Of a DNA stretch of 64,000 bases, positions 1 through 9,664 are shown piece by piece. Positions within the stretch are counted from its first letter, which is position 1. Each line of letters starts with the position of its first letter. The notes beneath the pieces are model-generated. The model was not told the origin of the DNA. It was given only the letters and a program-made list of their open reading frames with translations, and ran no database searches. This DNA is from a bacterium (GTDB lineage: Bacteria > Patescibacteriota > UBA1384 > JAGGWG01). The DNA lies in the NCBI GenBank assembly GCA_021157605.1, contig JAGGWG010000006.1:2387-66386 (forward strand). The letters run 5' to 3'. The position numbers and the translations under genes are program-made.

Positions 1-1463
1 ATAACTGTTAAACCCAACCAATACTTTCTTGCTCTTTTCGCGAGCGCGTAAATAAATTTAGCTGAGTCTTCATGTTGCATCATTAACCATGCCTCATCAA
101 TAATCATTAATCTTTTCTTAAAATTTTGTTTTACCATATTCCAGACATAACCTAAAATCATATACATTGCGATTGGTCTTAGTTCTTCCTCTAAATTTTT
201 AATGCCAAAAACAATAAAGTTTTTGTCCAAATCAACATTGGTAGGGTTGTTAAAAAGTTGGGCAAAAGTTCCCCGAGCATATTTGTCTAAAAGTGTTGCC
301 AGACGCCCTCCCCCCTCCATACTGGCTAAAACCTTTTGCAGGTCTGAGATTAAGGGGGGAGGGTTTTTGTGGCTGGAGACATCAGGACCAATATCTTTTA
401 AAGCATAGGTTTCAAAAAGAGCTTTTTCCAAAATGCCTTCTTCTTCAGCACTAAGTTTTCCACCCACCATTAAAGCAATCAGTCCTTTTATTCTAATAAT
501 AGCTTCTCTTAAAATGTTTTCTCCTGATTCTTTGGTGTTTTGGGGCAAATCAAAGGGGTTGATATGGTGAGGAGATTTCAAACTAACATCAACAAAGGTG
601 CCGCCAGCAGCGCCAGCTAAATTTTTATACTCACCTTCAGGGTCAAGAACAATTATGTCTGTGCCCTGGATAAGATAACGCAAGGCTTCTAACTTGGCTA
701 AGTATGATTTTCCTGAACCCGAAGTGGCAAAGATAATTGAGTTTGCATTGGGTAGTTTAAAGCGATCAAAAATCACTAAAGACGAATTAAAGGAGTTTAT
801 GCCATAAAGAATGCCTGAGGTAGAGGTGATATTTTGGGAAACAAAAGGGAAAAAGGTGGAAAGAGAACCAGTATCAAAATTGCGCCATACTTGTAACTCG
901 TCTATATTAAGAGGCAGAGAAGAGTTAAATCCTTGCAGGTTGCGGAATATAGCTGGTTTAGTAATTATCATTTTTCCTCCTAGATCTGATTCTATTTCTT
1001 CTCTGAAAAGCTTGAGTTTTTTTAGACTTCGGGAGTAGATAGTGATGTAAAAACCGACAAGAAAAAGTTTTACTTCTCCTCTTTGCAGAGAAAAACGGAT
1101 TTCCTCAATATCTTGGAGCGCGGTTTCTAATTCTGGATCAGAAACAAGCCCTTTTTCTTTTTCCATCCGCCAAGTAGCCTCTAGAGAGGCTAAACGGTGT
1201 CTTAATTCTTTTAAAATCTGAGCGTTTTTTTGAGGATAAACAAAGATAGAGATGTCTAAAACAGAGTCTTTGTTAATAATGGAGTTAAACCAGCCGGGAG
1301 AGAGATAGCGGGGAAAGCCAAAAGCAAAAAGAGTAGTGATATAAAACTCATTAATTTTTAAGTAATTATTGCTTAGGCGCACAAAAGAAGGGGCAATAAT
1401 ATCTTGTAAAGTTATCTTCCCTTTTTCCAATAGTTTTTTGGCTTGTTTATCTGGTTTTTTCAT
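1..1463 (-). CDS. VirB4/TrbE-family type IV secretion ATPase, ATPase (C-terminal) portion. The 3' end runs off the window start.
   Basis: Not in the ORF track because it is truncated. Reverse translation from an ATG at 1463 gives ...IIFATSGSGKSYLAKLEALRYL (Walker A) and ...RLMIIDEAWLMM (Walker B). This is a typical VirB4/TraC ATPase core. Confidence 0.8.
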   Translation of the reverse strand, partial: MKKPDKQAKKLLEKGKITLQDIIAPSFVRLSNNYLKINEFYITTLFAFGFPRYLSPGWFNSIINKDSVLDISIFVYPQKNAQILKELRHRLASLEATWRMEKEKGLVSDPELETALQDIEEIRFSLQRGEVKLFLVGFYITIYSRSLKKLKLFREEIESDLGGKMIITKPAIFRNLQGFNSSLPLNIDELQVWRNFDTGSLSTFFPFVSQNITSTSGILYGINSFNSSLVIFDRFKLPNANSIIFATSGSGKSYLAKLEALRYLIQGTDIIVLDPEGEYKNLAGAAGGTFVDVSLKSPHHINPFDLPQNTKESGENILREAIIRIKGLIALMVGGKLSAEEEGILEKALFETYALKDIGPDVSSHKNPPPLISDLQKVLASMEGGGRLATLLDKYARGTFAQLFNNPTNVDLDKNFIVFGIKNLEEELRPIAMYMILGYVWNMVKQNFKKRLMIIDEAWLMMQHEDSAKFIYALAKRARKYWLGLTV

Positions 1464-2142
1464 TATTTTTCTTTAGTGATGTCCAAATGCTTTCCAAGTC
1501 TTCCAAAGCTTCACCGTTTCTTACTTGGGCACCCGGGTTATAACAAGAAAAGAAAAGCTCTATTAGTTCAGGGTTAGTGAGTTGCGCTACCTGCAAGCCT
1601 ATGCCAGCCAGACCAGAAGCAGCTACTTTGGTTCGTTCAAACAACTTTCTTTTAGCTTCTTTATAGCGACGCAAAACTATTTCTTGTGGCGGACCTGATA
1701 TTTGAAAACTTAGTTTTTGCCAAATACTTTTTGGGTGTATGGGTATAGGAGCATATCCTATAATTACATAAAAAGATTTATCCATAAGAGTGCCTAGGCG
1801 TCCTAACTGTTGGATAAAGTTAATGTATTCATAAGTTTCTATTCTTAGGGCATCAGTGGGTTGCTGGGGAGCTAGTGTTTTTAGTTTTTCCAGATAGGGA
1901 TCCAGGTTTACTGGTCGAGATTGAATTAAAATTTGGATGGGAAAATCCAAAGCATTAAGAAAGGTTTGAAAAGCATATAAAATTTGTTCTTTTTCGCGAT
2001 TAGCGTAGAGGTCAAAGTTGATCCCCGAAACCTTTAAAACTGCCCGCAGTTCTCCGTTTTGGAGAACCACTAAATTATCCCTAATGTCAGCAATAGGGAT
2101 AATTTGTTGTGTTGCTAAAGCTGAAGGTGTTTTTTTAACCAT
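1447..2142 (-). CDS. VirB4/TraC N-terminal domain (CagE_TrbE_VirB-like) as a separate 231-aa ORF, out of frame with the ATPase ORF. It is either a frameshifted pseudogene, a sequencing error or a genuinely split VirB4.
   Basis: The motif IIPIADIRDNLVVLQNGELRAVLKVSGINFDLYANREKEQILYAFQTFLNALDFPIQI matches the VirB4 N-terminal domain pattern. The TAA stop at 1447-1449 lies 14 nt from the ATG of the downstream ATPase ORF, a +2 frame offset. Confidence 0.6.
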   Translation of the reverse strand: MVKKTPSALATQQIIPIADIRDNLVVLQNGELRAVLKVSGINFDLYANREKEQILYAFQTFLNALDFPIQILIQSRPVNLDPYLEKLKTLAPQQPTDALRIETYEYINFIQQLGRLGTLMDKSFYVIIGYAPIPIHPKSIWQKLSFQISGPPQEIVLRRYKEAKRKLFERTKVAASGLAGIGLQVAQLTNPELIELFFSCYNPGAQVRNGEALEDLESIWTSLKKNNEKTR

Positions 2143-2166
2143 CTTTTGCTGTTTATTATACCACTT

Positions 2167-2748
2167 TTATTTTTTGTTTTTAGATAAAATAGAGTTTTGG
2201 GAGTGGGGTGTTGCTAGAAAAGTAGAAGGAACCTCTTGCTTTTCTTTTTGCGGCAGGTTTTTAAAAGGTTTTATTTTTATTTTTATATTTAATTTTTTCT
2301 GTCTGGCAACAATCCTTTTTCTGCTTTTCTGCGTTGGTATACCGTATATAGATATTTCTTCATGGAGATTTTGCAGACGGCTGCTCAGGCTTTTGGGGGT
2401 AGAGAATTTGTGTCTTTTTTTCTTTTTGCTTAATATTTTGACTCTAGGGGAAACAATTGTTGTTTTCCAAATAAATATCTTTGGACTGCGAAAAAAGCTC
2501 AAAAAAGCAACAATGATTTGGTCCATGTTTTGTTCTTGGAACTTGCCAAAAGCCAGAAATGAGGCTGAAAGCCATAGAGGCAGGGTCAAAATTATGCCCA
2601 CAAATATGCTTAGACCAAATATTTCTAAGGTTTTAATAATAATAATAGCGGGGATGCCGCCAGCCAGCAGATAGAGAAATTGGCGGAAGGTTAAAGGGCC
2701 AATAACTTTGTCTTCTAGATTAATTTTTTGTGGGACTTTATAAAGCAT
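2167..2748 (-). CDS. PrgI/VirB3-like small membrane protein of type IV secretion systems
   Basis: The N-terminus MLYKVPQKINLEDKVIGPLTFRQFLYLLAGG is followed by two TM helices, as in the PrgI family. It sits immediately upstream of VirB4, which is the canonical order. Confidence 0.5.
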   Translation of the reverse strand: MLYKVPQKINLEDKVIGPLTFRQFLYLLAGGIPAIIIIKTLEIFGLSIFVGIILTLPLWLSASFLAFGKFQEQNMDQIIVAFLSFFRSPKIFIWKTTIVSPRVKILSKKKKRHKFSTPKSLSSRLQNLHEEISIYGIPTQKSRKRIVARQKKLNIKIKIKPFKNLPQKEKQEVPSTFLATPHSQNSILSKNKK

Positions 2749-2763
2749 AAATTGTTATCTTGG

Positions 2764-5325
2764 TTAATCTTGTTTAGGTTTTTTCATTTCATATTGTACA
2801 TATTTATCCCTTCCTTTATCTATTTGTTGATAGTATTCATTTCGACTTTGGGGTAGGGGGCTTGATGAAGGTTTAGATTCTGTTTGGGGAGGAGGCAGTT
2901 GGGCTTTGGATTGTGCCTCTTTAACAACACCCTGAACAATCTGTCTTAGTTTTTGTTGTTCTTGATCAGAAAGAGGAGAGACTGATTCTGGGGTTTGGCC
3001 TTGGGCTATTTTTTGAATATCATTAGAGCTTAAAGAGACGCCCCTTTTACCGGTTATCCTATTGACTATACGTCTTGTTTCTTCATTAATGGTTCTGTTT
3101 GTGATTTCTATTTTGTAGTTATGCATAGCTTGTTGTTCATCTTTTTCTTTGGCAGAACTCTCTAAAAAGAGGAGTGCTTTTTCTAAAATTTCATCCGGTT
3201 TCTTGGCAGCAGGAAGATGATAGTTTTGCATTATACTAACAGCATCTTCATAATCACCCCTGCTTAAAAGATCTCTAGCCATTTCTAACTCACTTTTTAT
3301 AGTACTAATAGCTTTTTCCCTGTTGCCTAGGATTGTTTCTCTTTGACCAATAATAGATCTTATTTGATTTCCCAGAATTTGAGCCTTTCCTATTTCAATG
3401 TTGATTTTATCAGCTATTTTATCTCCTAATTCTCTAATTGATTCTGGATTAACAGAGACTGCTTGGGGATTTTCAAACTCCTCATTTGTTTCTTCAATAA
3501 TTTTTTGCACTTGGGGTTGGTCTGCTACTGGAGAATCAGGGCGAGGGGCAGTTTCTTTGGGCATATTGAAGGTTCTTAAATCAGTCATTAAGAGTTGATC
3601 AGAAGTGATATTTGCCGTGCTTGCCAATTCCCCCAGTGCTTTTTCGGCATCATTTTTTTCCTTGACATTAAAGCTTGAAAGCTTTCTGATCAAAGCACTC
3701 ACAACAGCTCTGATCTCGCCAATGTCTTCTGGTTTGACATCACGCAGTAGTGTTTCGTCACCGTTTTTGATTGCTTCAAATAGTTTTCCGGCATTGAGTT
3801 GTTCGAGCCTCTTGGACAAAAAATCAACGGGTTGAGAAGCATAGTCAGAAGCTTTGGCTAAATCTTCGCCACCACTGCGTTTAATAGCATCTACCAAAAC
3901 AGGATCAATGGCTTTTACATTGCCCTTATTTTTAACTAAAGCAGTGAGATAGCGTTTTTCTCTAAATTCTTTGTCTGTTTGTTCTATTTGTTTGGATAGG
4001 CCCTCTTCTAATTCTTTATCTTTACCTATAAGATTATACCTCATTATACCCATTGTTTTTCTGACCTGTGGTTTTTGCAAAAGCCCATAGGCCCCTTTCC
4101 GCAGGCTTCTTTGCAGTCCGCTGTATTTATAGGCTTTTTTGCCTATATCTTTTAATGGTCCAGTTATTTGTCCCATTTCATTTAATAAGCCGCTAGCCAT
4201 ACCAAAAGGCACCACTACAGCCAAAAGGCTAATAAGAAAACCCAAGCCAAAAGCAAAGTAATCTAATTTATGGGGTGTTTGTTTTGGTTCAAGAGTTCGG
4301 ATATTAATAATATTGCTGCTGCCTGTTTCTGTATTAGCAGACTCGCTGCCAGAGGATTCGTTTTGGGTTGATTCTTCTGTAGTTGGGGCTTGTTCTTCAT
4401 TATTTTCCTCTGCAGCTTGGGCTGTTTTTAGCTTTAGGGGAAATAGTGTAGACACTTCTTTGCTGAACTCTCTAGTTTTATTTTGGATTTTGGCTATAGC
4501 TGGTTGTTTAATCTGCTGGCTCATTAATCTGCCTCTGGCGGCATTGTTGAGCATAAAGCCAACCCAAAATATCGCAAAAATTATGGGGCCAGTGATAAGC
4601 CATCTAATAAACCAGTCCATCCATTTTTGAGAGAGAGAACTCAAGCCCGGTATTTCCAGTTTGAAAAAATAAAGGAAAAAGGCCAAAGGAGAAAATATCA
4701 CCAAAGCCAAGATTATATAAGCTCTGGTCCAAAGGATAATACCTACAGCCAAAAGCAAAAGTACGGGTAAGAGAAAAAGTAAAAGGATAAAGAAAACAAT
4801 AGCTATATCTAATGGCGCTACTATAATAGAAAAAGCACCTGCTCCTATTGCGCCAATCCCACCCAAATACCAGAGCCAGCTGTAAAGATCAACCATATTT
4901 TGGATAAACTTTTCTGGAGTGCCAATAAAAAGATTGGTTAAATTTTGGGCAAAATCAATAAAAAAGAGACAAATAGAGTAGCTGAGATTGGCTAAAATAA
5001 TTCCTACAATCAAACCGGGCAAAACTTTTTTGATTTGGTATTCTTCGTATTTAATATGGAAAATATTAGCTAAAGCAAAAACAATAAAGGCAATAAACAC
5101 CAAAATATCAAGTATGCCAACTACTGACTGCCAAGCGGTTTTAAAAGCCTCTCTTCCTTTAATAAAGTCAGCCAACCGGTATTGTTCTACTCTTTCGGGC
5201 ACAATTTCAAATACCTTATTTTCGTTTGGCTGATTTTCTTCTTGTGCGCGAACCGCAGCTGGCAGGAATAAACACCCAGACAATAACAGAATGGCAACAA
5301 TGATTAAACCTATTTTTTGGTTCAT
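2764..5325 (-). CDS. Large polytopic membrane protein with signal peptide, possibly a VirB6/TrbL-like T4SS channel component
   Basis: 853 aa. There is an N-terminal signal-like segment, at least 8 hydrophobic helices in the C-terminal third, and a long charged coiled-coil-like middle region. It is adjacent to PrgI-like and VirB4 genes. Confidence 0.4.
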   Translation of the reverse strand: MNQKIGLIIVAILLLSGCLFLPAAVRAQEENQPNENKVFEIVPERVEQYRLADFIKGREAFKTAWQSVVGILDILVFIAFIVFALANIFHIKYEEYQIKKVLPGLIVGIILANLSYSICLFFIDFAQNLTNLFIGTPEKFIQNMVDLYSWLWYLGGIGAIGAGAFSIIVAPLDIAIVFFILLLFLLPVLLLLAVGIILWTRAYIILALVIFSPLAFFLYFFKLEIPGLSSLSQKWMDWFIRWLITGPIIFAIFWVGFMLNNAARGRLMSQQIKQPAIAKIQNKTREFSKEVSTLFPLKLKTAQAAEENNEEQAPTTEESTQNESSGSESANTETGSSNIINIRTLEPKQTPHKLDYFAFGLGFLISLLAVVVPFGMASGLLNEMGQITGPLKDIGKKAYKYSGLQRSLRKGAYGLLQKPQVRKTMGIMRYNLIGKDKELEEGLSKQIEQTDKEFREKRYLTALVKNKGNVKAIDPVLVDAIKRSGGEDLAKASDYASQPVDFLSKRLEQLNAGKLFEAIKNGDETLLRDVKPEDIGEIRAVVSALIRKLSSFNVKEKNDAEKALGELASTANITSDQLLMTDLRTFNMPKETAPRPDSPVADQPQVQKIIEETNEEFENPQAVSVNPESIRELGDKIADKINIEIGKAQILGNQIRSIIGQRETILGNREKAISTIKSELEMARDLLSRGDYEDAVSIMQNYHLPAAKKPDEILEKALLFLESSAKEKDEQQAMHNYKIEITNRTINEETRRIVNRITGKRGVSLSSNDIQKIAQGQTPESVSPLSDQEQQKLRQIVQGVVKEAQSKAQLPPPQTESKPSSSPLPQSRNEYYQQIDKGRDKYVQYEMKKPKQD

Positions 5326-5343
5326 TTTAACTCTTTAATTGGT

Positions 5344-6780
5344 TTATAAAGGCGCGGAAGCAATTACCCCCCAAGTGATACGCAAAAGGGCGGTAAGCAG
5401 GTTGCGGATAGTATTTTTTACATAATCCAGTATTTTGTGGAAAAAGCCACTACCAGAGTCAAATTGGTCGTATCCTTCCTGTATTCCTGTGTTAAGAGCG
5501 CTTATTTCTCCCTCAATTCTGTTTTTTTCTCGTTCGATCTTGTCTCTTAAGTCCTTAGGAAGGTCTTGGTAGTTTTCTTGTTTTTGTAAACAGTCAAGAT
5601 AGTCATAAAGTTTGGCTTCGTAGTAAAGGGCAATTGCTGCTCGAGTGAAAGCTTTAGGTAGGTTGGTGCCTGTTATGGCTCTGGCTATTTTATTAATTGC
5701 TGATGCGCCCAAACCACAAGCTATTCCTCCTCCTACAGCGCCCCAAGGTCCTGCGGCTAGGCCTGATGCTATGGCTCCTATAAGGCAGCCTTTTATTTGT
5801 TGCTCTGAGACTGTTTCAATGTCTGTTTTGTTCCACATTTGTTGTATAGCACTCCCTAGTTGGTCAAGAACTTCACTTATCGCATTTCTTCTCAAGGAGG
5901 ATTCAGCGACAGGTTCAGCCGGGTCTTTAGGGATAATGCTTCTGAAGAGACTGTTGTTTTCTTGGCCAAAATTTGCTACCGGCACTTTGTTGGTGCTGTT
6001 TTCGTTTTTGGCATAGGTTTCATTCCAAGTGTCAAAAATTTGTTTTACATCTGCCGGAGGGTTGTTTAGATCAATAGGATTATCAGGCAATTTGTTTTGG
6101 CAGTTTTTAACTATTTGTGGTGTTACCCGTACATAAGAATCAATGCTTGGATCAGATAAATAGCCAACCTCGATATTAAATCTCCCATTAGCGGATACAT
6201 ATTGGCTGTATAGATTTTTATAAGGGGATAGCATAGAGTCAGCGATTTCTTGTGTTATGGGCACAAAAAATGATCTACTATTCTTTTCTCTTTTTAGAAA
6301 GAAAATACTGGTGTTGTTTCGGGCAACTTCTCTTTTGGCTTCTTCAAGACTACCAGCAAATAAAGTTCCTATCCTGGCAATTTCGCCATAGATATTATCA
6401 GCTTCAGAGGGGGTTACTAACAAAGACATTCTTTTCTCTACAGGGATAGAGCCACTGAGACGGAATAGTTCAGCTTTTTTTTCTGAACATACTTCTTGCA
6501 CGCTTGTGCTTATGCCTTCTGGATCAGGGTTATAAAGCAAATAACAAAGTTTTCCTGACGTGCCTGTACTTGTCTTAAAAATAAAGGTTGTGTCCCCCTT
6601 TTTTGTTTCTATTGTTTCTGTTTTTTTGTTATAAAACCATTTTACTGTAGTTGGGGTTGGGGTTAGGTCAGCTGCTTGGGGTTTGTGATAACGATTAAGC
6701 ACAGCAATGCCGCTAAACATAAAAAGTAGTAAAACTATTAGGACTAGAGAAATAACCTTTGTTTTTTTGCTTAAATACAT
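5344..6780 (-). CDS. Membrane-anchored or secreted hypothetical protein with a C-terminal glycine-zipper segment
   Basis: 478 aa. It has an N-terminal TM/signal segment (VISLVLIVLLLFMFSGIAVL) and a C-terminal GxxxG-rich helix (GAIASGLAAGPWGAVGGGIACGLGASAI). It overlaps the downstream TPR gene by 10 nt. Confidence 0.4.
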   Translation of the reverse strand: MYLSKKTKVISLVLIVLLLFMFSGIAVLNRYHKPQAADLTPTPTTVKWFYNKKTETIETKKGDTTFIFKTSTGTSGKLCYLLYNPDPEGISTSVQEVCSEKKAELFRLSGSIPVEKRMSLLVTPSEADNIYGEIARIGTLFAGSLEEAKREVARNNTSIFFLKREKNSRSFFVPITQEIADSMLSPYKNLYSQYVSANGRFNIEVGYLSDPSIDSYVRVTPQIVKNCQNKLPDNPIDLNNPPADVKQIFDTWNETYAKNENSTNKVPVANFGQENNSLFRSIIPKDPAEPVAESSLRRNAISEVLDQLGSAIQQMWNKTDIETVSEQQIKGCLIGAIASGLAAGPWGAVGGGIACGLGASAINKIARAITGTNLPKAFTRAAIALYYEAKLYDYLDCLQKQENYQDLPKDLRDKIEREKNRIEGEISALNTGIQEGYDQFDSGSGFFHKILDYVKNTIRNLLTALLRITWGVIASAPL

Positions 6781-7538
6781 AGACTAAATGTTTGCTGATA
6801 GGTTTTTAGTTTTTCCCAAACTTTTTTGTTTTTGTCTTTCAGCTCTTTTACTAATTTGCATCCTGTTTCTTCTTGCCCGCTTTTTATCCACCAATAAGCC
6901 AAAAAGGCTTTTTTAAATACAGGATTTTTGGATTGGTTGTAGGTTTGGATGATTTTTTGGCTTTTTTTGAATTTAACCATTTTTATTTTATCAATTTTTT
7001 CTACAAAAAGCATTAACAAGGTGTAGACAACTTCATAGTTTTCTTGTTTGTCTTTAATTGAGGCGAGTTTTTCTTCTGCTATATCCCATTTTTGAGAATC
7101 AATAGCTAAGCTGGCTTCTAAAAAGGCAATTTCAGGGTGTGCTGGTTCAGTGAGTTTGGCTTTATTGAGTGTTTTCTGGGCAATTTCAGGTTTTTTTTGT
7201 TTAATTTGAGCTTTGGCTAGCCAAAGATAGGTTTCAATGCTGTTTTTGTTAAGTCTTGTAGACCAGATAAAAAGATTTTCAGCCTGATCGTATTTTTTGT
7301 TTGCTAAAGCGATTTTGCCTAATTCTAAATAAGGAGCGTATGAGGCGGGAGTAAGGGCTAAGGCTTTAGACAAAAGGATAGCTTTTTCCTTTTTGGGGGC
7401 AGCTTGGGCTTGGCTGAGAAAGTATTTAGCCCATTGGTGACGAAAATCACGCAATACAAACCAAATAATAAGAACAAGTATTAAAAATACCAGCAAAAGA
7501 AAAAAGAGAATCTTTAAAACTTTCCTTGTTTTTTGCAC
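6771..7538 (-). CDS. Membrane-anchored tetratricopeptide (TPR)-like repeat protein
   Basis: It has an N-terminal TM helix followed by repeated A/L/K-rich helical pairs (LALTPASYAPYLELGKIALANKKYDQAENLF...). Confidence 0.45.
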   Translation of the reverse strand: MQKTRKVLKILFFLLLVFLILVLIIWFVLRDFRHQWAKYFLSQAQAAPKKEKAILLSKALALTPASYAPYLELGKIALANKKYDQAENLFIWSTRLNKNSIETYLWLAKAQIKQKKPEIAQKTLNKAKLTEPAHPEIAFLEASLAIDSQKWDIAEEKLASIKDKQENYEVVYTLLMLFVEKIDKIKMVKFKKSQKIIQTYNQSKNPVFKKAFLAYWWIKSGQEETGCKLVKELKDKNKKVWEKLKTYQQTFSLCI

Positions 7539-7558
7539 AAGACTATTGTATCAAGATT

Positions 7559-9664
7559 TTAGTTGATTTGGGGCCAAGGCTGAACAATGAGTTCGTTATC
7601 AGGTTTAATATAGGTTTTTTTCTTAAGAGCTAAAAAAGCGGCTTCAGTGACAAAAGGCATAAAAGGGTGAAGCATTTTTAGAGAATTAACTAAAAGAAAA
7701 ACCAAAAACAATGAAGTGGTTTTGTTTTTGTTTTTAAAAGCTTCTTTATTTTCCTCAATGACCTTGTCGCAGAAATAGTGCCAAAAAAAGGTGTAAGCGG
7801 ACTTAAGAGCTAAGTCAAAACGAAAACTCTCAATATTTTTCTCTACTGACTTAAGAGTGGTTTTAAACTCTTTTAAAGCTTGTTTTTGAGAAGGAGAAAG
7901 CTTGAGTTGTTTAATCTCTTTATAAGATAAAACCTTACTTTTTTGAAGATTAAGAATAATAAAGCGGGTGGCGTTCCAGATTTTGGTGGCAAAATTGCGG
8001 CCAGCAGTATAATCTTCTTCTTTAAAACGAATCTCTTGGCGCCAACCTGCTTTAATAGCCAGACCAAAACGAACTCCATCAGCTCCGAATTTTTCCCATA
8101 GTTCTAAAGGATTAATTCCTGTGCCAAGAGATTTGCTCATTCTTTTGCCCTCAGGATTAAGGATTGTGGAATGAATATAAACTTGGCTAAAAGGAATTTT
8201 CTTTTTAAAGAAGAGGCCAGAAAAGATCATTCTGGCTACCCAGAGATAGATAATATCTTTGGCTGTAAATAAAGACGAGGTGGGGTAGAAGTTCTTAAGG
8301 TCTTTGTTTTTAGCATCTTTTTTAGGATTTCCTGTCCAGCCCAAAGCAGCAAAGGACCAGAGAGCAGAAGAAAACCAAGTGTCTAAAACATCGTCCTCAC
8401 CTTTTAAAGGTATTTTATGCCCCCACCAGATTTGGCGGGAGATGCACCAATCCTTAATGTTTTTCATCCAATCAAGATAGACTTTTTTATAGCGCTTGGG
8501 GATAAACTCTATTTCCCCTTTTTCCACTACTTGGGAGGCCTTTTTGGCCAAAGGCTTCATTTTTACAAACCACTGCTTAGACAGTAGGGGTTCAATTTTG
8601 GTTCCACAGCGATAACAAAAAGCAACATTGTGTGAGTAAGCTTCTTTTTTGGCTAAAATCTTTTCTTTTTTAAGATCAGCTTCAATTTTTGCTCTAGCTG
8701 TTTGGATATCAAGGCCCTTGTAAGGAGTGGGCTTTATAATTTTTGCTTCCTCATTAATTACTTTAATAGCTTTTAATTTATGAGTTTTGGCAATCTCAAA
8801 ATCTAAAGGATCGTGGGCTGGTGTAATTTTTACTGCGCCAGTGCCAAAATTTATATCTACACGTTTATCAGCAATAACGGGGATCTTGCGGCCAACAAGA
8901 GGTAAAATAATCTTTTTACCAACTAATTTTTGGTATCGTTTGTCTTTAGGGTTAACAGCTACAGCTGTATCTCCCAGCATTGTCTCTGGTCTGGTGGTGG
9001 CTACAGTAATAAATTTAGTTTTGCCCTCAGGTTTAACTAAAGGATAGTTAATATACCAGAGAAAATTTTTTTCTTCTTTGTATTCTAGTTCAATATCAGA
9101 GAGAGCGGTTTGGCATCTTGGACACCAATTAATTATGCGTTCTCCTTGATAAATCAAGCCTTTTTTAAGATATGCTTTAAAGGCGTTTTTTACTGCTTCT
9201 TGGTAGCTGGGGTCAAGAGTAAAGGTTGTTCGGCTCCAGTCACAGCTTGCTCCTAAAATTTTGAGCTGGTCTAAAATAATCTCTCCATATTTTTCCTTCC
9301 ACTCCCAGATTTGTTTGATGAATTCGTCTCGTCCCAAATCTTGGCGCTTTTTTCCTTGTTTTAAGAGCTCTTTTTCCACTACATTTTGGGTAGCGATCCC
9401 AGCGTGGTCAATACCTGGGACCCAGAGAGTTTTAAACCCTTTCATTCTTTTATAGCGGACAACAATATCTTGGCAGGTAGCGTTAAGGGCATGCCCCATA
9501 TGTAAAGAACCAGTGATATTAGGAGGCGGAAGCATTACCGTGTAAGTTTTTTTGCGGGCTAGAGATTCAGGTAGTTTGTCAGGATTAAAATAGCCCTTCT
9601 TTTCCCAAAGGTTGTAGATTTCTTTTTCTTGATCTTTTTCAAAACGAGATGGGATTTTATTCAT
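7559..9664 (-). CDS. valS: Valyl-tRNA synthetase (short form, 701 aa)
   Basis: It has the class I motifs PPPNITGSLHMGHAL and KMSKSLG, plus the ValRS-typical WVPGIDHAGIATQ and WCPRCQTALSDIE. Confidence 0.8.
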   Translation of the reverse strand: MNKIPSRFEKDQEKEIYNLWEKKGYFNPDKLPESLARKKTYTVMLPPPNITGSLHMGHALNATCQDIVVRYKRMKGFKTLWVPGIDHAGIATQNVVEKELLKQGKKRQDLGRDEFIKQIWEWKEKYGEIILDQLKILGASCDWSRTTFTLDPSYQEAVKNAFKAYLKKGLIYQGERIINWCPRCQTALSDIELEYKEEKNFLWYINYPLVKPEGKTKFITVATTRPETMLGDTAVAVNPKDKRYQKLVGKKIILPLVGRKIPVIADKRVDINFGTGAVKITPAHDPLDFEIAKTHKLKAIKVINEEAKIIKPTPYKGLDIQTARAKIEADLKKEKILAKKEAYSHNVAFCYRCGTKIEPLLSKQWFVKMKPLAKKASQVVEKGEIEFIPKRYKKVYLDWMKNIKDWCISRQIWWGHKIPLKGEDDVLDTWFSSALWSFAALGWTGNPKKDAKNKDLKNFYPTSSLFTAKDIIYLWVARMIFSGLFFKKKIPFSQVYIHSTILNPEGKRMSKSLGTGINPLELWEKFGADGVRFGLAIKAGWRQEIRFKEEDYTAGRNFATKIWNATRFIILNLQKSKVLSYKEIKQLKLSPSQKQALKEFKTTLKSVEKNIESFRFDLALKSAYTFFWHYFCDKVIEENKEAFKNKNKTTSLFLVFLLVNSLKMLHPFMPFVTEAAFLALKKKTYIKPDNELIVQPWPQIN

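Noticed and set aside
2018-2674. 218-aa plus-strand ORF
   Set aside because: It is entirely antisense to the PrgI-like and VirB4-N genes. It has low-complexity F/L/I-rich translation typical of AT-rich antisense frames and no motif.
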